Source: the human T2T-CHM13v2.0 reference genome, Homo sapiens
Direction of reading: 5' to 3'
Length of the DNA stretch: 64,000 bases
NCBI GenBank assembly: GCA_009914755.4
Contig: CP068257.2
Coordinates: forward strand, 39,328,001 to 39,392,000
Positions 39,426 to 53,150 of the stretch are shown here, one piece after another. How positions within the stretch are numbered: position 1 is the stretch's first letter; each line of letters starts with the position of its first letter. The position numbers and the translations under genes were made by a program. The notes beneath the pieces are model-generated. The model worked only from the letters and a program-made list of their open reading frames with translations, searched no databases and was not told where the DNA came from.

Positions 39426-40189
39426 GAAACATTTTGAGATTTTTTTGAAGTTAACTTTTTTTTTTCCTTTCATTTCTGAGTTTCACTCCCTTGTTTATCG
39501 TTTCCAGCATAATTTTTTTTTGGTATACCTCTAAGTAGTCCTTTGTGAATCTACACTGGATGTTTCCTGTTCTTTGTGTTGTTTCTAAAGAAATTGCAAT
39601 TTTCTGGGCTCTAATTAAAGTGCCCCACAGGATACTTCAGTTTTCTTCTGCTTCATGTAATATTGTGCAATTTTTTTTTATTGTGCTTTCTGCTCCTCTT
39701 TATGGATACTGAATTCTCTTCTACTGTGTTCCCTTAAATGCCCATAAGAACCATAAATGAATGTATGTTTATTATGCCTTTCAAAGTTTGAAATATAAAT
39801 GTTGGATTTCTACTCTTTTGACATCCAACACTTAACATGTAGTGATGATTGCATATTCCCAGCTAATGTGATGAGTCAATAAAGGAGGATTAGACAGTTC
39901 TGCTGATATCTACCACTAGAAATGGTGCATATAGGCAAAGGCCAAAATGAAAGAATTCTAATTTTTCTTATAGAAAAGTAATAATGTCTTCTGCTTCCAG
40001 GAAGATGTATTAGGGCATGTCAGACCAATAACACCACTGCAACAATTTTTTTTAAGCTGGATAAATTACACAACCCATATTTTTAAAGGATTGGAAAGCT
40101 ATAGTGCTATGGTTTGTATATGTCTCTCAGAATTCATTTGTTGAAAACTTAATCCCCATTGTGATTAATGCCATTATAAAAAGTGCTCA

Positions 40190-40385
40190 TGTGAGTGAGT
40201 TCCCACTATTGCTCTCTTGCCCTTCCACTTCTGCCAGGTGAGAACACTGCAAGAGGGCCCTTCCCAGATGCCGGCATCCTGTTCTTAGACCATTCTCCAG
40301 AACTGTGGGAAATTACATTTCTGTTTTTATTAAATGATCCAGTCTCAGGTATTCTGCTATAGCAGAACAAATGAAATAAGACATA
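40190..40385 (+). mobile_element. MaLR (MLT1/MST-like) LTR 3'-portion fragment
   Basis: ...gtgagaacactgcaagagggcccttcccagatgccggcatcctgttcttagaccattctccagaactgtgggaaattacatttctgtttttattaaatgatccagtctcaggtattctgctatagcagaacaaatgaaataagaca parallels the MaLR LTR ends (...cagaactgtgagaaataaat..ttgtt.tttaagcc.cccagtct..ggtattttgttatagcagc...ggactaa.aca). Confidence 0.4.
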
Positions 40386-43300
40386 TGGAAAAGCCAAAGA
40401 TTAGAAGAACTAAAGCCCCAGAGACAGAAGAGTTCCTTCTAGTGAGGTAGTCATTGCTGGCTGTTTTCTTCTTTTGGCATTATTTGCCAATTCTGGACAT
40501 CAGTTAAAGATTAGGCTTATCTCAAACTAAGGGATGCTCTTGGTAGGCTTTGGGAAGTCACATGTGGGTAGAGTGATGGCTTGGAAACTATTGTCATCTC
40601 CAAACAATTTCCCCATGAGACTTCTGAGTTCTCTGACAGTGCTGGGAGTGGAAAAACCTAGACACAAACACAGATTAAAATTTTCTGTAATAATCTAGTG
40701 ATTAAAAGACTAAGTCCCATTACAGGGAGAAGCCCTTCAGCAGACATGAAGCTGGCCTCCCTCTCAAGCTGCCAGCCATATTTGAGCCTACGTGCAGGAA
40801 AAATTCAAAGCCTCCAAAGGGCAAAGCATTCGAGTTGAGAAAACAGGTCCCTCAGTCAAACATCTGGGAAAGTCATGCCCAATAAAAGCAGAGCAAAATA
40901 TCCCGCAGAGGGAGGGGGCCTACATAAAAACACATGGCAGGTCTCTCAAGACATTTGCCAGATTCAATTTCTGAACTTGTACAAGGTGAAAGGCTAAGGA
41001 GCTAAGCACAAAATCTCTAAAGGGCAGAATATTCTGGGCTAAGGAGATAAACCAAAACCTAGAAGCACCATATACAAGAAACAAGGACTTGCCAGATGTG
41101 AAACAATCCTAAAATTGCAATCCAGCCTTGACCAAAAGTAATTTTAATTGGACTGAGGTGATCAGTTCCTCATAATATATGCCCACATGAGGAAATTGAA
41201 TCCTCAGCAGTGGAAGATATTATCTAGAGCACCTGAGATTTATTTATATGCAATACCTGAAATATAATTTTAAAAATTATTAGTCAGACAGTGGGATCCA
41301 TAAGTCAGAACATGTTAAAAAAAAAATAGAGGCTTCTGGTTTCAGCTCTGACAGGTAAAGAGACTAGAAGTTCTCATCCTTTACTTAAATCAAGAGAAAG
41401 CTGGAAAAATATAAATCAGTGACTTTCCTTGAACTCAACAGAAAATGGAGGTCACAGGGAAAAAGTAACATCAAAATATTGAGAAACAAACACGGAGCAT
41501 AATAGTCAAGATCTGCTTATCTGGAACAGAAGCCACTGGACTCAAAAACCGGTGGGGACATTCCTGTAGCAATTTTGATGAGCTGTTAGAGGCTAAAGTA
41601 TAGGCTAGCATGAAAGTGAGAAAGTCCTGGGAGCCACAGTCTTAGGGGATCCTCCACACATTGTGGGCTTCACTTCCTGGAACCACACTGGGTTCTCATA
41701 TTGAAGCTTTGAGAAAGATGCCCTGGCTCTGGCAGAGGAAAGGCAATCATTATGAAATGTAATAAGTCATCACAAAAAAAGGACTACTCCCTAGTGGAAA
41801 AGAATTTGCTAGTACCTTATCCTACCTGTGGGAAAGACATTTCTCTCAGTCAAGCTCCATCTGGCCTCCCTAAGGTCAAAGAGGAAAAAGCATAATCATA
41901 AAGGGTCACAGCTTCAAGGAAATAGATTAGGAATACTGCAGTCAAGAAAGACATAAGAAGGAAGTGGAAAAAGAAAGCCAAGTTACTAGAAAAAATACTA
42001 TGAAGGTCATAACCTAGAGATACAACCACACTAACACACTGAGATTTAATTATGAGATTATAGAATGCTTTCTCTTCTTCCTACCTTACCACCACAGTAA
42101 CAAGTTTCTAGTATAAAAAACAATGGATTACAGCTGAAAGAGCTGTAAAATGCAGACTTTATATAAGAAGGAATACCTAGGGAAGCTTAAAGTCAACAAG
42201 TGAGAAAAAACAATGACATTGAAGGAACCGGAAGTCTCTGGTACCTACAACTGTAGCAAACATCAAACACAGCCAGACTCCTAACCAGGTTAATGTAAAA
42301 CAGCACCACAGCCCAATTTACCTCCAGTCCTACTATCAGGTACATTATGTTCAGCTTTCAACAAAAAATTACAAGGCATACAGAAAGGCTAGAAAAAACA
42401 CAGTCTGAAAAGACAAAGAAAGATAAGAACCAGATTGATATTATATAGATGTTGAAATTATCAGACTAGGAATTTAAAATAACCATGAGTATTATGTTAA
42501 GGTCACTAACAGTAAAAAGTAACAACATACAATAATATATGGGTAATATAAACAAAGAGTGGGAAACTCTAAGAAAGGATAAAAAAGAAAAATAGAAAAA
42601 ATACTGTAAGAGAAATTAAGACCATTTGATGGGATCATCAGTTTACATGATATGGCCAATGTATTAGTGAACTTTAGTATACATCAATTAACAACTTCCT
42701 AAGCTGAAATATAAAAAGGAAAAAAATAGAAAAAATGTTACACAGAAACAGAATATCCAAAATCTGTGGGACTTTAATAAAAATAAACTCAGGTTCTCCT
42801 GCTTTACTCTCAAAACACAGAACACTTCACCTCTGGGCACCAAGATGTGTGAAAAATTTTCCCCACCAACAACAAATTCTGCACATTGCACAGCAGATTT
42901 TCTGGTGGACACCAGCTGAATGCCCTCTAATTTAATGAATTTGATCTACCTGCAGGTAGTATCAGATCTCACAGGATGAGGAGTCAGTCCCACAAGATAG
43001 CCCCTACTTGAGTTGCCAATCACAAGCACAGACTGTGGCCTGTACTTCTGACCAAGAGGCAATAAATCAGGCTTTCCATAATTTATATTTTGGGTTTGAT
43101 TACTTTTCTAGAGTGCCTCGACAGAACTCAGGGAAACATTTATGTTTGTCGGTTTATTAGAAAGAATTTTAAAAGGATACAGATAAAAGGCCAGGTGGAA
43201 GAGATGCACAGGGTAAGGCAAGGGAAAAAGGGCAAGAACCTTTCATGCCTTCTCTGGGCACATCACCCTCCAGGAACCTTCATGTGTTCAGCTATCCAAA

Positions 43301-43599
43301 AGTCCCCCAAACCCAAGCCATTTGGGGTTTTATGAAAACTTCTTTATATAGGCATGATTGATTAAGTCATTGATTATTGTTGATCAGCTTAACTTTCAGC
43401 CCCTCTTTCCTCCTCAGAGATTAGGGGGTGGGACTGAATGTCTCAACCCTTTAATCATGTCTTAATATTGGTCTTTCCCAGTAGCCAGCCCCTATCCTGA
43501 AGCCACCTAGGGGCTGCCAGCCACCAGTCATCTTGTTAGCTTACAAATGATGCCCTATTGCTCCAGAGATTTTAAGACTGTTGGGAGCTGTATATCAGG

Positions 43600-45740
43600 A
43601 AACTAGGAGAAAGACAAAATATATATTTCACAATAGCACAGGGACAATTTCAAAAGTGTAACATATGTGCGATTGTTATCCCATAAAAAGAAATAGAGAA
43701 CTTAGCAAAATAACTATTTAAAATAATAATGGCCAACAATTTTCTAAAATTAATGGCATACATTGAACTACAGATCAAGGAAACTCAGAGAACACCAAGC
43801 AGGAAAAATCACCCTCACCCCTCAACCAACAGCCCCACAAAAAGGATATCTAGGCATACCAAATTCAAGCTGCAGAAAACCAGAGACAAAAAATAGATCT
43901 TGAAAAAATCTGGAAGACAAGTAATGATCTTACCTATAGAGGAATGAAGATAAGAATTTCAGCAGGCTACTCATCAGAAACAATCCAAACAAGAACAGAA
44001 TAGAGTGAAATATTTAAAAAATTGAAAGATAAAAAGAACCAACTTAGTTAGAATTCTATACAAGTGAAGTATCTTTTAAATGTGAAGGAGAATGAAGACT
44101 TTCTAGACAAAGACCAAATGAATTCATGGCCAGCAGATCTGTCCTACAAGAAATGTTAAAGTAAGTTCTTCAGGAAGAAGGCAAATGATATAGGCCAGAA
44201 ACGGAAATCTACATAAACAAAGAAAAAATGTTGGGAAAGGTATAAATAAAGGCACAATAAACTTATGCATTTTTATTTTTCTTAATTTATCTGAAAATTA
44301 ATTGTTTGCCTATAGCAATAATAGAAAAAGTTATTGAGTATAGCACATGGGTAAGTCAAATGAAGTCAATAATGGTGTAAAAGATGGGAGGGAGATATTG
44401 GAGGATGCTGCTTTAAGGTACCACTTTGGCATATAATTTGGCATAGCATTATTTGAAAATAGACTTAAATTAGTAAAAGTAGGTAACAAATGTATTTTGT
44501 AAACCCTTGACCAACCACTAGAAAAAGTATTAAAGTATCATTGATATGTTAAGAGAGAAATACAATACTTGCTTAAAACCAGAAAAAAATAGAAAAAAAG
44601 AAGAGAGGAAAGGAGCAAAATATTACAATAAATAGAAAACAGTTACAAACATGGGAGCTATTAAACCACCACATCAATTTTAACTTTAAATGTGAATAAT
44701 TGAAATAATTTTATTAAAAGACAGAATGTCAAATTGGATTTAAAAAAGGTTCAACTGTTCTTTGCAAGAAATCACTTTAAATATCAGCAATCAGATAGAT
44801 TAAAAGTAAAAGGATGGAGAAAGATATACCATTACACAATTAATTTATTACAAGGAGGCTGGAGTAGCTATATTATCTTTAAACAAGGAAGTCTACTCTT
44901 CAAAGAAGGAATATTATCAGGGATTAGTAGGAAACTTATGCTATGATAAAAGGTCAACTCTCCAACAATATAATAATCCTAATATGTGTGTACCTAATAT
45001 AGGATATCAAAATATGTGAGGCAAGGAGAAAATGATAGAAATGAATAGACAAATAAACAAATCCATTATTATGGTTGGTGAGTTCAACACCCCTCCATCA
45101 GTAATTAATATATCTAGCAGACAGAAAAATTAATGGGGATATAGATAATTAAAGCAGCACTATAAATCAACTCTACCTAGTTAACATTTATAGAATACTT
45201 TTCCTAAAGACATTAGAATTCACATTATTCTTAACCTTACTGAATACAAAGTGAAATTAATACAACTGAAAAATATAATGTCGAAAATCGTGGGACACAG
45301 TGAAAGCAGTGTGTTGAGGTAAATTTATACCATTAAGTGCACATACTAGAAAAGAGAAAAATCTAAGATCAATACACTAAGATTCAATCTTAAGAAACCA
45401 GACAAAACAGGAGCAATTTAAATATAAAGCAGAAGAAAAAATTACCGTATTTTGCATGTCTTAAACAACAAGCATTTATGAAACATGTATGAAAGATTGC
45501 TTACTGAGGTTCCAATCATACAATTTTGGGAAAAGGCAAATTTATAGAGGTGGTAAGCAGAGCAGTGATTTTCAGGGGGCTGGTGGGGCTGAGTTGAATA
45601 GACAAAGCACGGGAGACTTTCTAGGGCAGTGAAACTATTCTGTCTGATACTGTAATGGTGGATGCATGATGTTATGCACTTGTCAAAACCCACTGAACTT
45701 TATAGCACAAAGAGCAAATGTACACAAATTTTAAAATCAC
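43600..45740 (+). mobile_element. Ancient L1 (L1M-type), internally deleted: ORF1 C-terminal part, ORF2 N-terminus (endonuclease), then a 3'-UTR piece
   Basis: About 43900-44250 translates to an ORF1 C-terminus (...RILYK.SIF.M.RRMKTF.TKTK.IHGQQICPTRNVKVSSSGRRQMI... vs L1 ...RILYPAKLSF..EGEIK.F.DKQKLREF...PALQE.LK.V). 44640-45000 gives an ORF2 N-terminus (GAIKPPHQF.L.M.II...VKLDLKKVQLFFARNHFKYQQSDRLKVKGWRKIYHYT... vs L1 ...LTLNINGLNSPIKRHRLA.WIKSQDPSVCCIQETHLTCKDTHRLKIKGWRKIYQAN). 45480-45740 resembles an L1M 3' UTR (ggtggtaagcagagcagtgattttcagggggctggtggggc...gtcaaaacccactgaacttta...). Confidence 0.7.
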
Positions 45741-46358
45741 TTAGGAGTTCAGGGATCCCAGCACAGAATGCAGACTGTAACAAAAATATCAAACTGCATT
45801 AAAAATGTGTAAAACAATGTCACTACAGGGAGTGGGGGAAACACTAACCTAAGTAACCTTGGAAATGAGTGGAGTCTCTAAAGCTAGAAGTAAAAATAAT
45901 GATACATAGCACCGTATGGTTGATAAGGTTGTTTCTCATAGGAGCATAGGTTAACACATGTAAACTATTATACGTGTATACTAGACTTGAACAATTAAGT
46001 AAAAGTGGCAGATGGTGGGAGCCAGGTGTCTCACTGTAGGAGTGGAGGATTACAGACAAGCAAGGGAGGAGGCAAAAATGATTCATGTAGTAATAGATTA
46101 GCGTTAGAGTCATCAGTAAAAACTTACATTTAGTTTAACATACATACAGATAGTTACGTATGGAAAAAAATGTATTAATATGTGTAGAGATCAGCACATA
46201 TAGCCCCTAATCTTGGTTTCTAATACCAATCTCTAACAAAATAAGTCAGAATTCTTCGGATAAATATTTAATTCTAGGAGTGGGACAGAAAATACCCAAG
46301 ATGAGCCTGCAATTGTGTTACCAGAATGTAAAGAAATGCTCAAAGAAACAATGATGGA

Positions 46359-46514
46359 GTCGGGCGTGGTGTCACATGTCTGTAGTCCCAGCTACTAGGA
46401 AGGCTGAGGCAAGAGGATCCCTTGAATTTGAGGCTGCAGTGAGGTATGATAGCACCCTGCACTCCAGCCTGGGTGACCCCAGCAGACACTTTGTCTCTTA
46501 AAAAAATAATAAAG
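46359..46514 (+). mobile_element. Alu right-arm-only copy (5'-truncated Alu) with A-rich tail
   Basis: gtcgggcgtggtgtcacatgtctgtagtcccagctactaggaaggctgaggcaagaggatcccttgaatttgaggctgcagtgaggtatgatagcaccctgcactccagcctgggtgaccccagcagacactttgtctcttaaaaaaataataaa. Confidence 0.75.
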
Positions 46515-46515
46515 A

Positions 46516-46640
46516 GGTAATCCCAGCACTTAAGGAATCCAGGGTGAGTGGATCACCTAAGGTCAGGAGTTTGAGACCCAGTCAGACCAACATGGCGAAA
46601 CCCCATCTCTACTAAAAATACACACACACACACAAATAAT
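46516..46640 (+). mobile_element. Alu left-monomer-only copy (FLAM-like, 5'-truncated) ending in an A/CA-rich tail
   Basis: ggtaatcccagcacttaaggaatccagggtgagtggatcacctaaggtcaggagtttgagacccagtcagaccaacatggcgaaaccccatctctactaaaaatacacacacacacacaaataa. Confidence 0.65.
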
Positions 46641-47715
46641 CATAATAAAGAAAAAAGGAAAAGAAAAGAAAAGAACACTGAAGTCAACTGGACAAATTCT
46701 CAATGGTCAAAGCCAAAGTAATTTGAGCAAAAAATAAAGTAATATTGGATTATGACTTACATATTCACTAGTCCATACTGATATAAATAAATGATTGAGC
46801 AACTAAATAAATGAAGAAGACAAAAATGTCCCATGCAGAATTGTAAATAATGTATGTCGATACTCCATCTTTAAGGAAGTGGAACATAACTCCGCACTTC
46901 TTAAATGCAGGCTGTGTATAGGAATTTCCTCCCAAACAGCACAGCAGGAGAAGCCTGGGAAACACCACCTCAGGATCAAGGTTACCATCAATGGCGGAAT
47001 GTCATGTTGATAATACGTACCCTAGATACATGTGTGAAAATGGCACATTATATCTACACTCTTTTCCCCAAAAACCAGTAACCCTGGTCTAATCATGAGA
47101 AAATCACCAGACAAATCCCAGTGAGGGAGATGTACAAAATAGCTGACCAGGGAAGGAGAGCCACAGAGAAGTGAAAACTATACAACAGAATTAAGTAGAC
47201 ATTCGGACATTGAAAAAAATAATATCTGAAATTAAGAACGTATTGTATAAGTTTAAAACAGAAGACTACATACAGCAGAAGACAGAAGTAATAAGCCCAA
47301 AGGCAGGTAAATTGAAATACCCAGAATGAAATACGTCAAGAAAAATAATTTTTAAAAAGCAAAGCATAAATACAAGTCAGGACATAGTTTAAAGGTCTAA
47401 TAAACGTGTAATTGAAGTTCCAAAAAGAGAGGACAATGGAGGGTGGGGCAGAAGAAATATTTGAAGGAATAGTGGCTAACAATTTTTCAAAACTGATAAA
47501 AGACCTTAACCCATATACTTAGAAACTTCAGCAAACCATAAACAGGATAATTACCAACAAATTCATACCAGAACACATTTAGTTAAAATGAAACCCAGAT
47601 AAAAGATAAAATCTTTATATCAAGAAAAAAGACACACGACCTTCAAATGGACATTATCGATGATTACAGTCTACCTTTTCAATAGAGTCTATGGAAGCTG
47701 GAAAAATGGAATATC

Positions 47716-48058
<343 letters not shown>

Positions 48059-49228
48059 TCATAGATTAATGAATGTCCTTCAAAAAGCATGAAATAAGGA
48101 CACATTTTGGAAAATTAATGTTTAATTCATTTGTTGGTAGAAGATTGAAATGACAAATAATACTAAAGTTAGTTCTTCAAGCTGAAGGAAAGCACATACC
48201 TTCAGGAGGGAAGGAAGAGCCTTGGAAGGAGTAAATACATGCATAGGAATAAAATAATATTAACTGTTTAATAACTAATTTAATCTTAATAATGCATTCA
48301 TCCAAAAAGTTATAATAGTGCCATGTGTGACTTATAATATATGCAGAGGCAAAACTGTATGATAATAATAGCACAAATGTTGAGAGTGGATAATACAATG
48401 ACACTTAACGTAAGTCTTCTATTATGTAGAAGGTGGTAAAAGTCAATACTTGTGGGGCATGAGCATTCAATTCCTAAAGTACCACTGTAAAAATAATAAT
48501 ACTATATAAGTAAAATTCTAAAAGTGATAAAAATGCACTTGACTAATCCAAAAGATTAATAAAAGAACCAAAACAGGTGGGATTAATAAAAAACAATAGG
48601 AAGATGATGAAGTTTAATTCAACTCTATTGTTAATTACATTGCACATAAATGCACTCAATGATCCAATTGAAAGACGAAGAATTGATTAAAAACAAGCTC
48701 CAATAATTTAGTGTTTCCTGTAAACAGACAATAAATATATGAACACCATTATGATAAAAGTAAAAGGATAAAAATGAATATGACACTCAAACATAACCAA
48801 GAGAAAGATGTTGTGGCTACGTTAATACAAGAAAACCAACCTTTAAGGCAAGAGCTGTTACTAGAGACTAAGGGAGGTCTTGGTACCAGAAGGATAAAAG
48901 GATCAGTTGAACCACAAGATGTAAAATATTAAATTTGTATGCACTTAATAACAGCTACAATATAGCTAAAGAAAACATTCGCAGAAATGAAAGGAGAAAT
49001 AAACAAATCTACTATAAATTTGGAGAGTTCATTAAACTTCTCTTGGTAACATAAAATATAGAAGAGGTAGAAAAAAATAGAAAGGCTGTAGAATAATTAA
49101 ATTTTAAGATTAATTCAATTGCCTTAGCACGTATAGAACGCTAACTTGACATACAAAATACATATATTTTCAAGTTCACGTGGAACATTTGCCAAAATAG
49201 ACAATATGGTGGGCCAGAATAGGTCTCA

Positions 49229-49542
<314 letters not shown>

Positions 49543-50439
49543 TCAGAGAAGTGAAATTACACAGATTAAATCATTGGCCCATGAATTAAACTGGATATCA
49601 ACAAGAGAAAAACAACTAGAGTATTCTCAAGGACTTGGAAGTTAAACAACACACTTCTAAGTAAACCTGACTCAAATGAAAAATCATGGTGGAAATAACA
49701 AAATACTTTAAACTCAATAATTATAAAGATTTAACATTTCTAATCTCATAGCTTACGCAGCACTTAGGAGAAAATGTATAGCTTTGAATAAATATGTTTT
49801 AAAAGAAGGATGTTTGATAATTATCAAAACTTTCATCTGAACAAGTTAGAGAAAGAAAAAGAAGTTAAACCCAACAAAGTCAAAAGATAGAAATAGTAAA
49901 GTTAACAGCAGAAATCAATTTAATAGAAAGCAAATACTTACAGAGAATATCAACAAAGCCAAAAGTAGATGCTTTACACTAATGATATTTATAAACCACT
50001 TGCAGAGTACTTCAGAAAAATGAGGGAATCTAAAAATTACAAATATCAACATATTTTTAAAAACATTACTAAGAATCCTGTAATTGTTAAAGGACTGAGG
50101 GTATTATTTAATATTTTATGACAATTATTTAAAAAATTAAATAAGATGTGAAAAACACACATTACTACAACTGACAAAAAAAAAAAAATGGAAAACCTGA
50201 AGATGTTTAGTATTTTCTAAACAAGTTGATTGCAGTAAAATTGTTTCCACCATCCAAACCAAGATGGCTTTACTGGTGAATTCTTCAGAATATTTAAGAA
50301 ATAAATAACAGCAATCTTTATGAAAAGTTTCAGAAAATAGAAGATCAGGAAACATTTCCCAGATCAATTTATAATTTTGATTTAAAAAAAACTGTCATGG
50401 GCATTTCAAGAAAGGAAAATTTGGTGGTGTCATCTCTCT

Positions 50440-51480
50440 TTGATTTTTCATGTTTCTTGCCTTATGTTGATGTCAGTCTGTGGATTTGAAGAAGCGGAGG
50501 AGAGTTATTCTAGTCTTTTCAGACTGGCTTTGTCTGGGAAAGCCCTTCACCAGTCAGACCACCCAGAGGTTTGGGGCAGGCTATCTGCCGTGATCAGTGG
50601 CAGACTTGCTGCTGGAGTCTTCAGACAGGCAGGCCATGAGGGCTAGTCCAGCTCTGGGCTCTACTGGGTCAGCAGTTAAGGAGGCCTGGTGCCTGGGGCT
50701 CTGGAGTCGCGCCTGGAACCTAGATCTGCTGTGGTAGACCAGTTGATTGAATCCAAGATGATGGGCCTGGAGCTGTTGTTTGCAGGGACCAGTCTGGAGC
50801 CTGGGTCCACTGGGCTGACCTGGCTCTGGGGTAGACCTTCAGCCTGAGTCTGCAGGGGCCAGCCAGGCACTGAGCTGAACTTGGTGCTTGGAGACACAGG
50901 GGCAGTCCTGGAGCTTGAGTCCATGAGGGCTAGTCCAGCGCTGGGCTCTACTGGGTCATACTTGGATCCTGGGTCTGCTGGAGCATGGGCCTGCAGGGAC
51001 TGGCCTGGCACTTGGCAGGCCTGGAACTGATGTTTGCAGATGGTGGCCTGGTGCCTGAGTCCAGGAGTGCTGACCTGGTGCTGGAGAGGTCCTGAAGCCT
51101 GGGGCTGTGTGGGCCAACCTGGTTCTGGGCAGGCTTGGCTTTGAGGCAGGCTTGGAGGCTCAGTCTGTGCATACCTGCTTGGAGTGTGGGGCTGCGGGGG
51201 CCATCCAGTGCTAGGTTTTACCAAGGCAGGCCCAGGGCCAGGGCAAAGTCCAGTGCTCACTTCCTTCTCCTTCCCCCAAGCAGTGAGCATTTCTCTCCAT
51301 GTTGTGCTGCCTGGGGGTTAGATTACCCTTGGGTGAGGGTAACCTGAAACTTTCTTACCCTCTTCAATGGTCTCTTAGTATTTCTGTGCTACCCACACGT
51401 GCTGTGATGTCTCACCTGGTCTCGTGAACGCTTGTCAAGGTATTTTTGCATGAGGATAGATGTTCAAACGGATGTTTCTA
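50440..51480. other. Unclassified roughly 1-kb GC-rich block with an internal ~290-bp direct duplication, where the L1M ORF2 RT domain should be
   Basis: A sharp compositional change (CTG/CAG/GGC-rich) sits between the L1M ORF2 N-terminal part (ends about 50440) and the ORF2 C-terminal part (about 51700-52330). A direct repeat: gagggctagtccagc.ctgggctctactgggtca occurs at about 50636 and again at about 50920. About 33-bp sub-periodicity (cctgg.gc.tg.gtc...ggg). It carries a P/S/Q-rich 204-aa ORF on the minus strand (50676..51290). Confidence 0.3.
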
Positions 51481-51699
51481 CAGGGGGACAAGCACAGAAA
51501 AGTCCTGTTCCACCAACCTGCTGCCATCCTCCTGTCTATATGCTATCAACAGAGGATGAGAACATGAACGAATTTAAATGTTATGTTATTTCACATAGTA
51601 TTTTTAAAACATCAAATACTTGAGAATAAATGATCAAAGACGTACAATAACTCGACACTGAAAACTAGAGACTGCAAACGATTTAAATAAATGAGCATA

Positions 51700-52330
51700 T
51701 GTCTCTGTTGAGATACTCAATGTTGTTAAGTCTCCCCAAATTTTCTATAGCATCAATAAAATTCCAATCAAATTCGCAGCAGATATATTTGAGGAAATTA
51801 ACAAGCTAAATTTAATACTTAAACATGGAAATTCAAAGGATCTACAATATTCATGAATCTTAGTGGCCTTGCGATAGCCAAAAAAAAAGTTAAACATCAC
51901 TCAGAAAGCACTGATTATAAAAAATATTCCATCCATTGGACTCATAAAAATTTAGTTGTGTCAATCAAAACATACTAACCATTAAGATAGTTAAAGAGAA
52001 AACCAAGAGTGGGACAGGATATTTGCAATACTTGCATCAGACAAATGACTCCAGAATATTTAAAGAGATTCTGGAAATCAATAAAAAAAGATAAACAACC
52101 TATTTTTTATGGGCAAATAATCGAATGGGAATTTCTCAAAAGAGGATATCCAATATCCAAGACTATTATTCATGCTGAAAGGTTCTTAGTATAATTGTTA
52201 ATCAGGGAAATACAAGTTAAAGAACATGACGAGATATCGGTGCACACCCACCAGAAAGGAATAAATCTGTAGAATTTCTAAATGAATCTTATCCCTTAGC
52301 TCAACTTGTTGCAGCATCCCTGGCAAACCT
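51700..52330 (+). mobile_element. Ancient L1 (L1M-type) ORF2 C-terminal fragment, with frameshifts
   Basis: ...NKIPIKFAADIFEEINKLNLILKHGNSKDLQY... vs L1 [37 protein letters not shown]. ...EWDRIFAILASDK.LQNI...KKINNLFFMGK.SNGNFSKEDIQ... vs [51 protein letters not shown]. ...IREIQVKEHDEISVHTHQKG vs [20 protein letters not shown]. Confidence 0.6.
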
Positions 52331-53150
52331 TAAGGAGGGCTCCGTTAATCCCCATGTTGCAAAATGAATTTGCATATTTTGGAATTTAATTATATAAACA
52401 GAAAAATATAAATATTAGAGCTTTTCTTAAACTCAAAACCGTATTTCCCTCAAGTGATACAGGAGTGACATTTCCTACGTTTTAAAGTAGCAGGACTGCG
52501 TTTTCCTGTAGTGCTAACATGGGATAAGACTTGATTTCTAGATCTCAAATTACAGCTTTAAAATTCCTTTTCCTAATGCATGCTGATCTTTCTTTTCTGA
52601 GAGTTTTTTTTCCACAATCTTTCTCATTGTATTTTTTTTCCCTCAAATCAAGCCCAGTGCTGGTAAATTAGTGAGATGTGTGTCTCTTGGAGCTTAGCAA
52701 ACTGGCGAGAGGCTTGTCTTTGTCTTCCTTCTTCTTCAGGTCTCCATTTCAGAACCTCATTGTCTTCTAAACTCGATGCTGAAATTAACTTCTTTAATTT
52801 ATTGCTTTTATTAAGTAGAGCTTGTATATTTTATTCAAAATTTTTAAAAGATTAGAACATTTTACATACCTTTCTAACAGATAAAATTGCTTTTCATTTA
52901 TATGACCTTTAATTAAATTGATGTGCATCAGTGTTGCTTGGCAGAAAAATTTTCCCATCTTTGATTAAAAGACAAACTAAATGATCATCATCCTTAGTTC
53001 TGGAGCAAGAGGAAGAAATATCCTGGACATTATTTGGGGAGAGGGATGCAGACTAAGTTCCCCAGGCCCCTCACTGCACTCAGCTCAGTTCCCCATATCT
53101 GTAAGCTGCTCTCTGGACATCCTCTGTCCCCACCTTAGGAAAGGGAAAGT

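Noticed and set aside
41000-43600. Possible additional old L1/DNA-transposon remnants upstream of the L1M cluster (A-rich, many short ORFs)
   Set aside because: I could not obtain convincing ORF1/ORF2 or TIR matches by eye. It is likely degraded repeats but unsupported.
50676-51290. 204-aa ORF on the minus strand in the GC-rich block
   Set aside because: P/S/Q/G-rich low-complexity translation of a periodic GC-rich repeat with an internal duplication. There is no flanking promoter, CpG island or splice context, and it is embedded in an L1M graveyard. I flagged the block as unexplained DNA, not as a gene.
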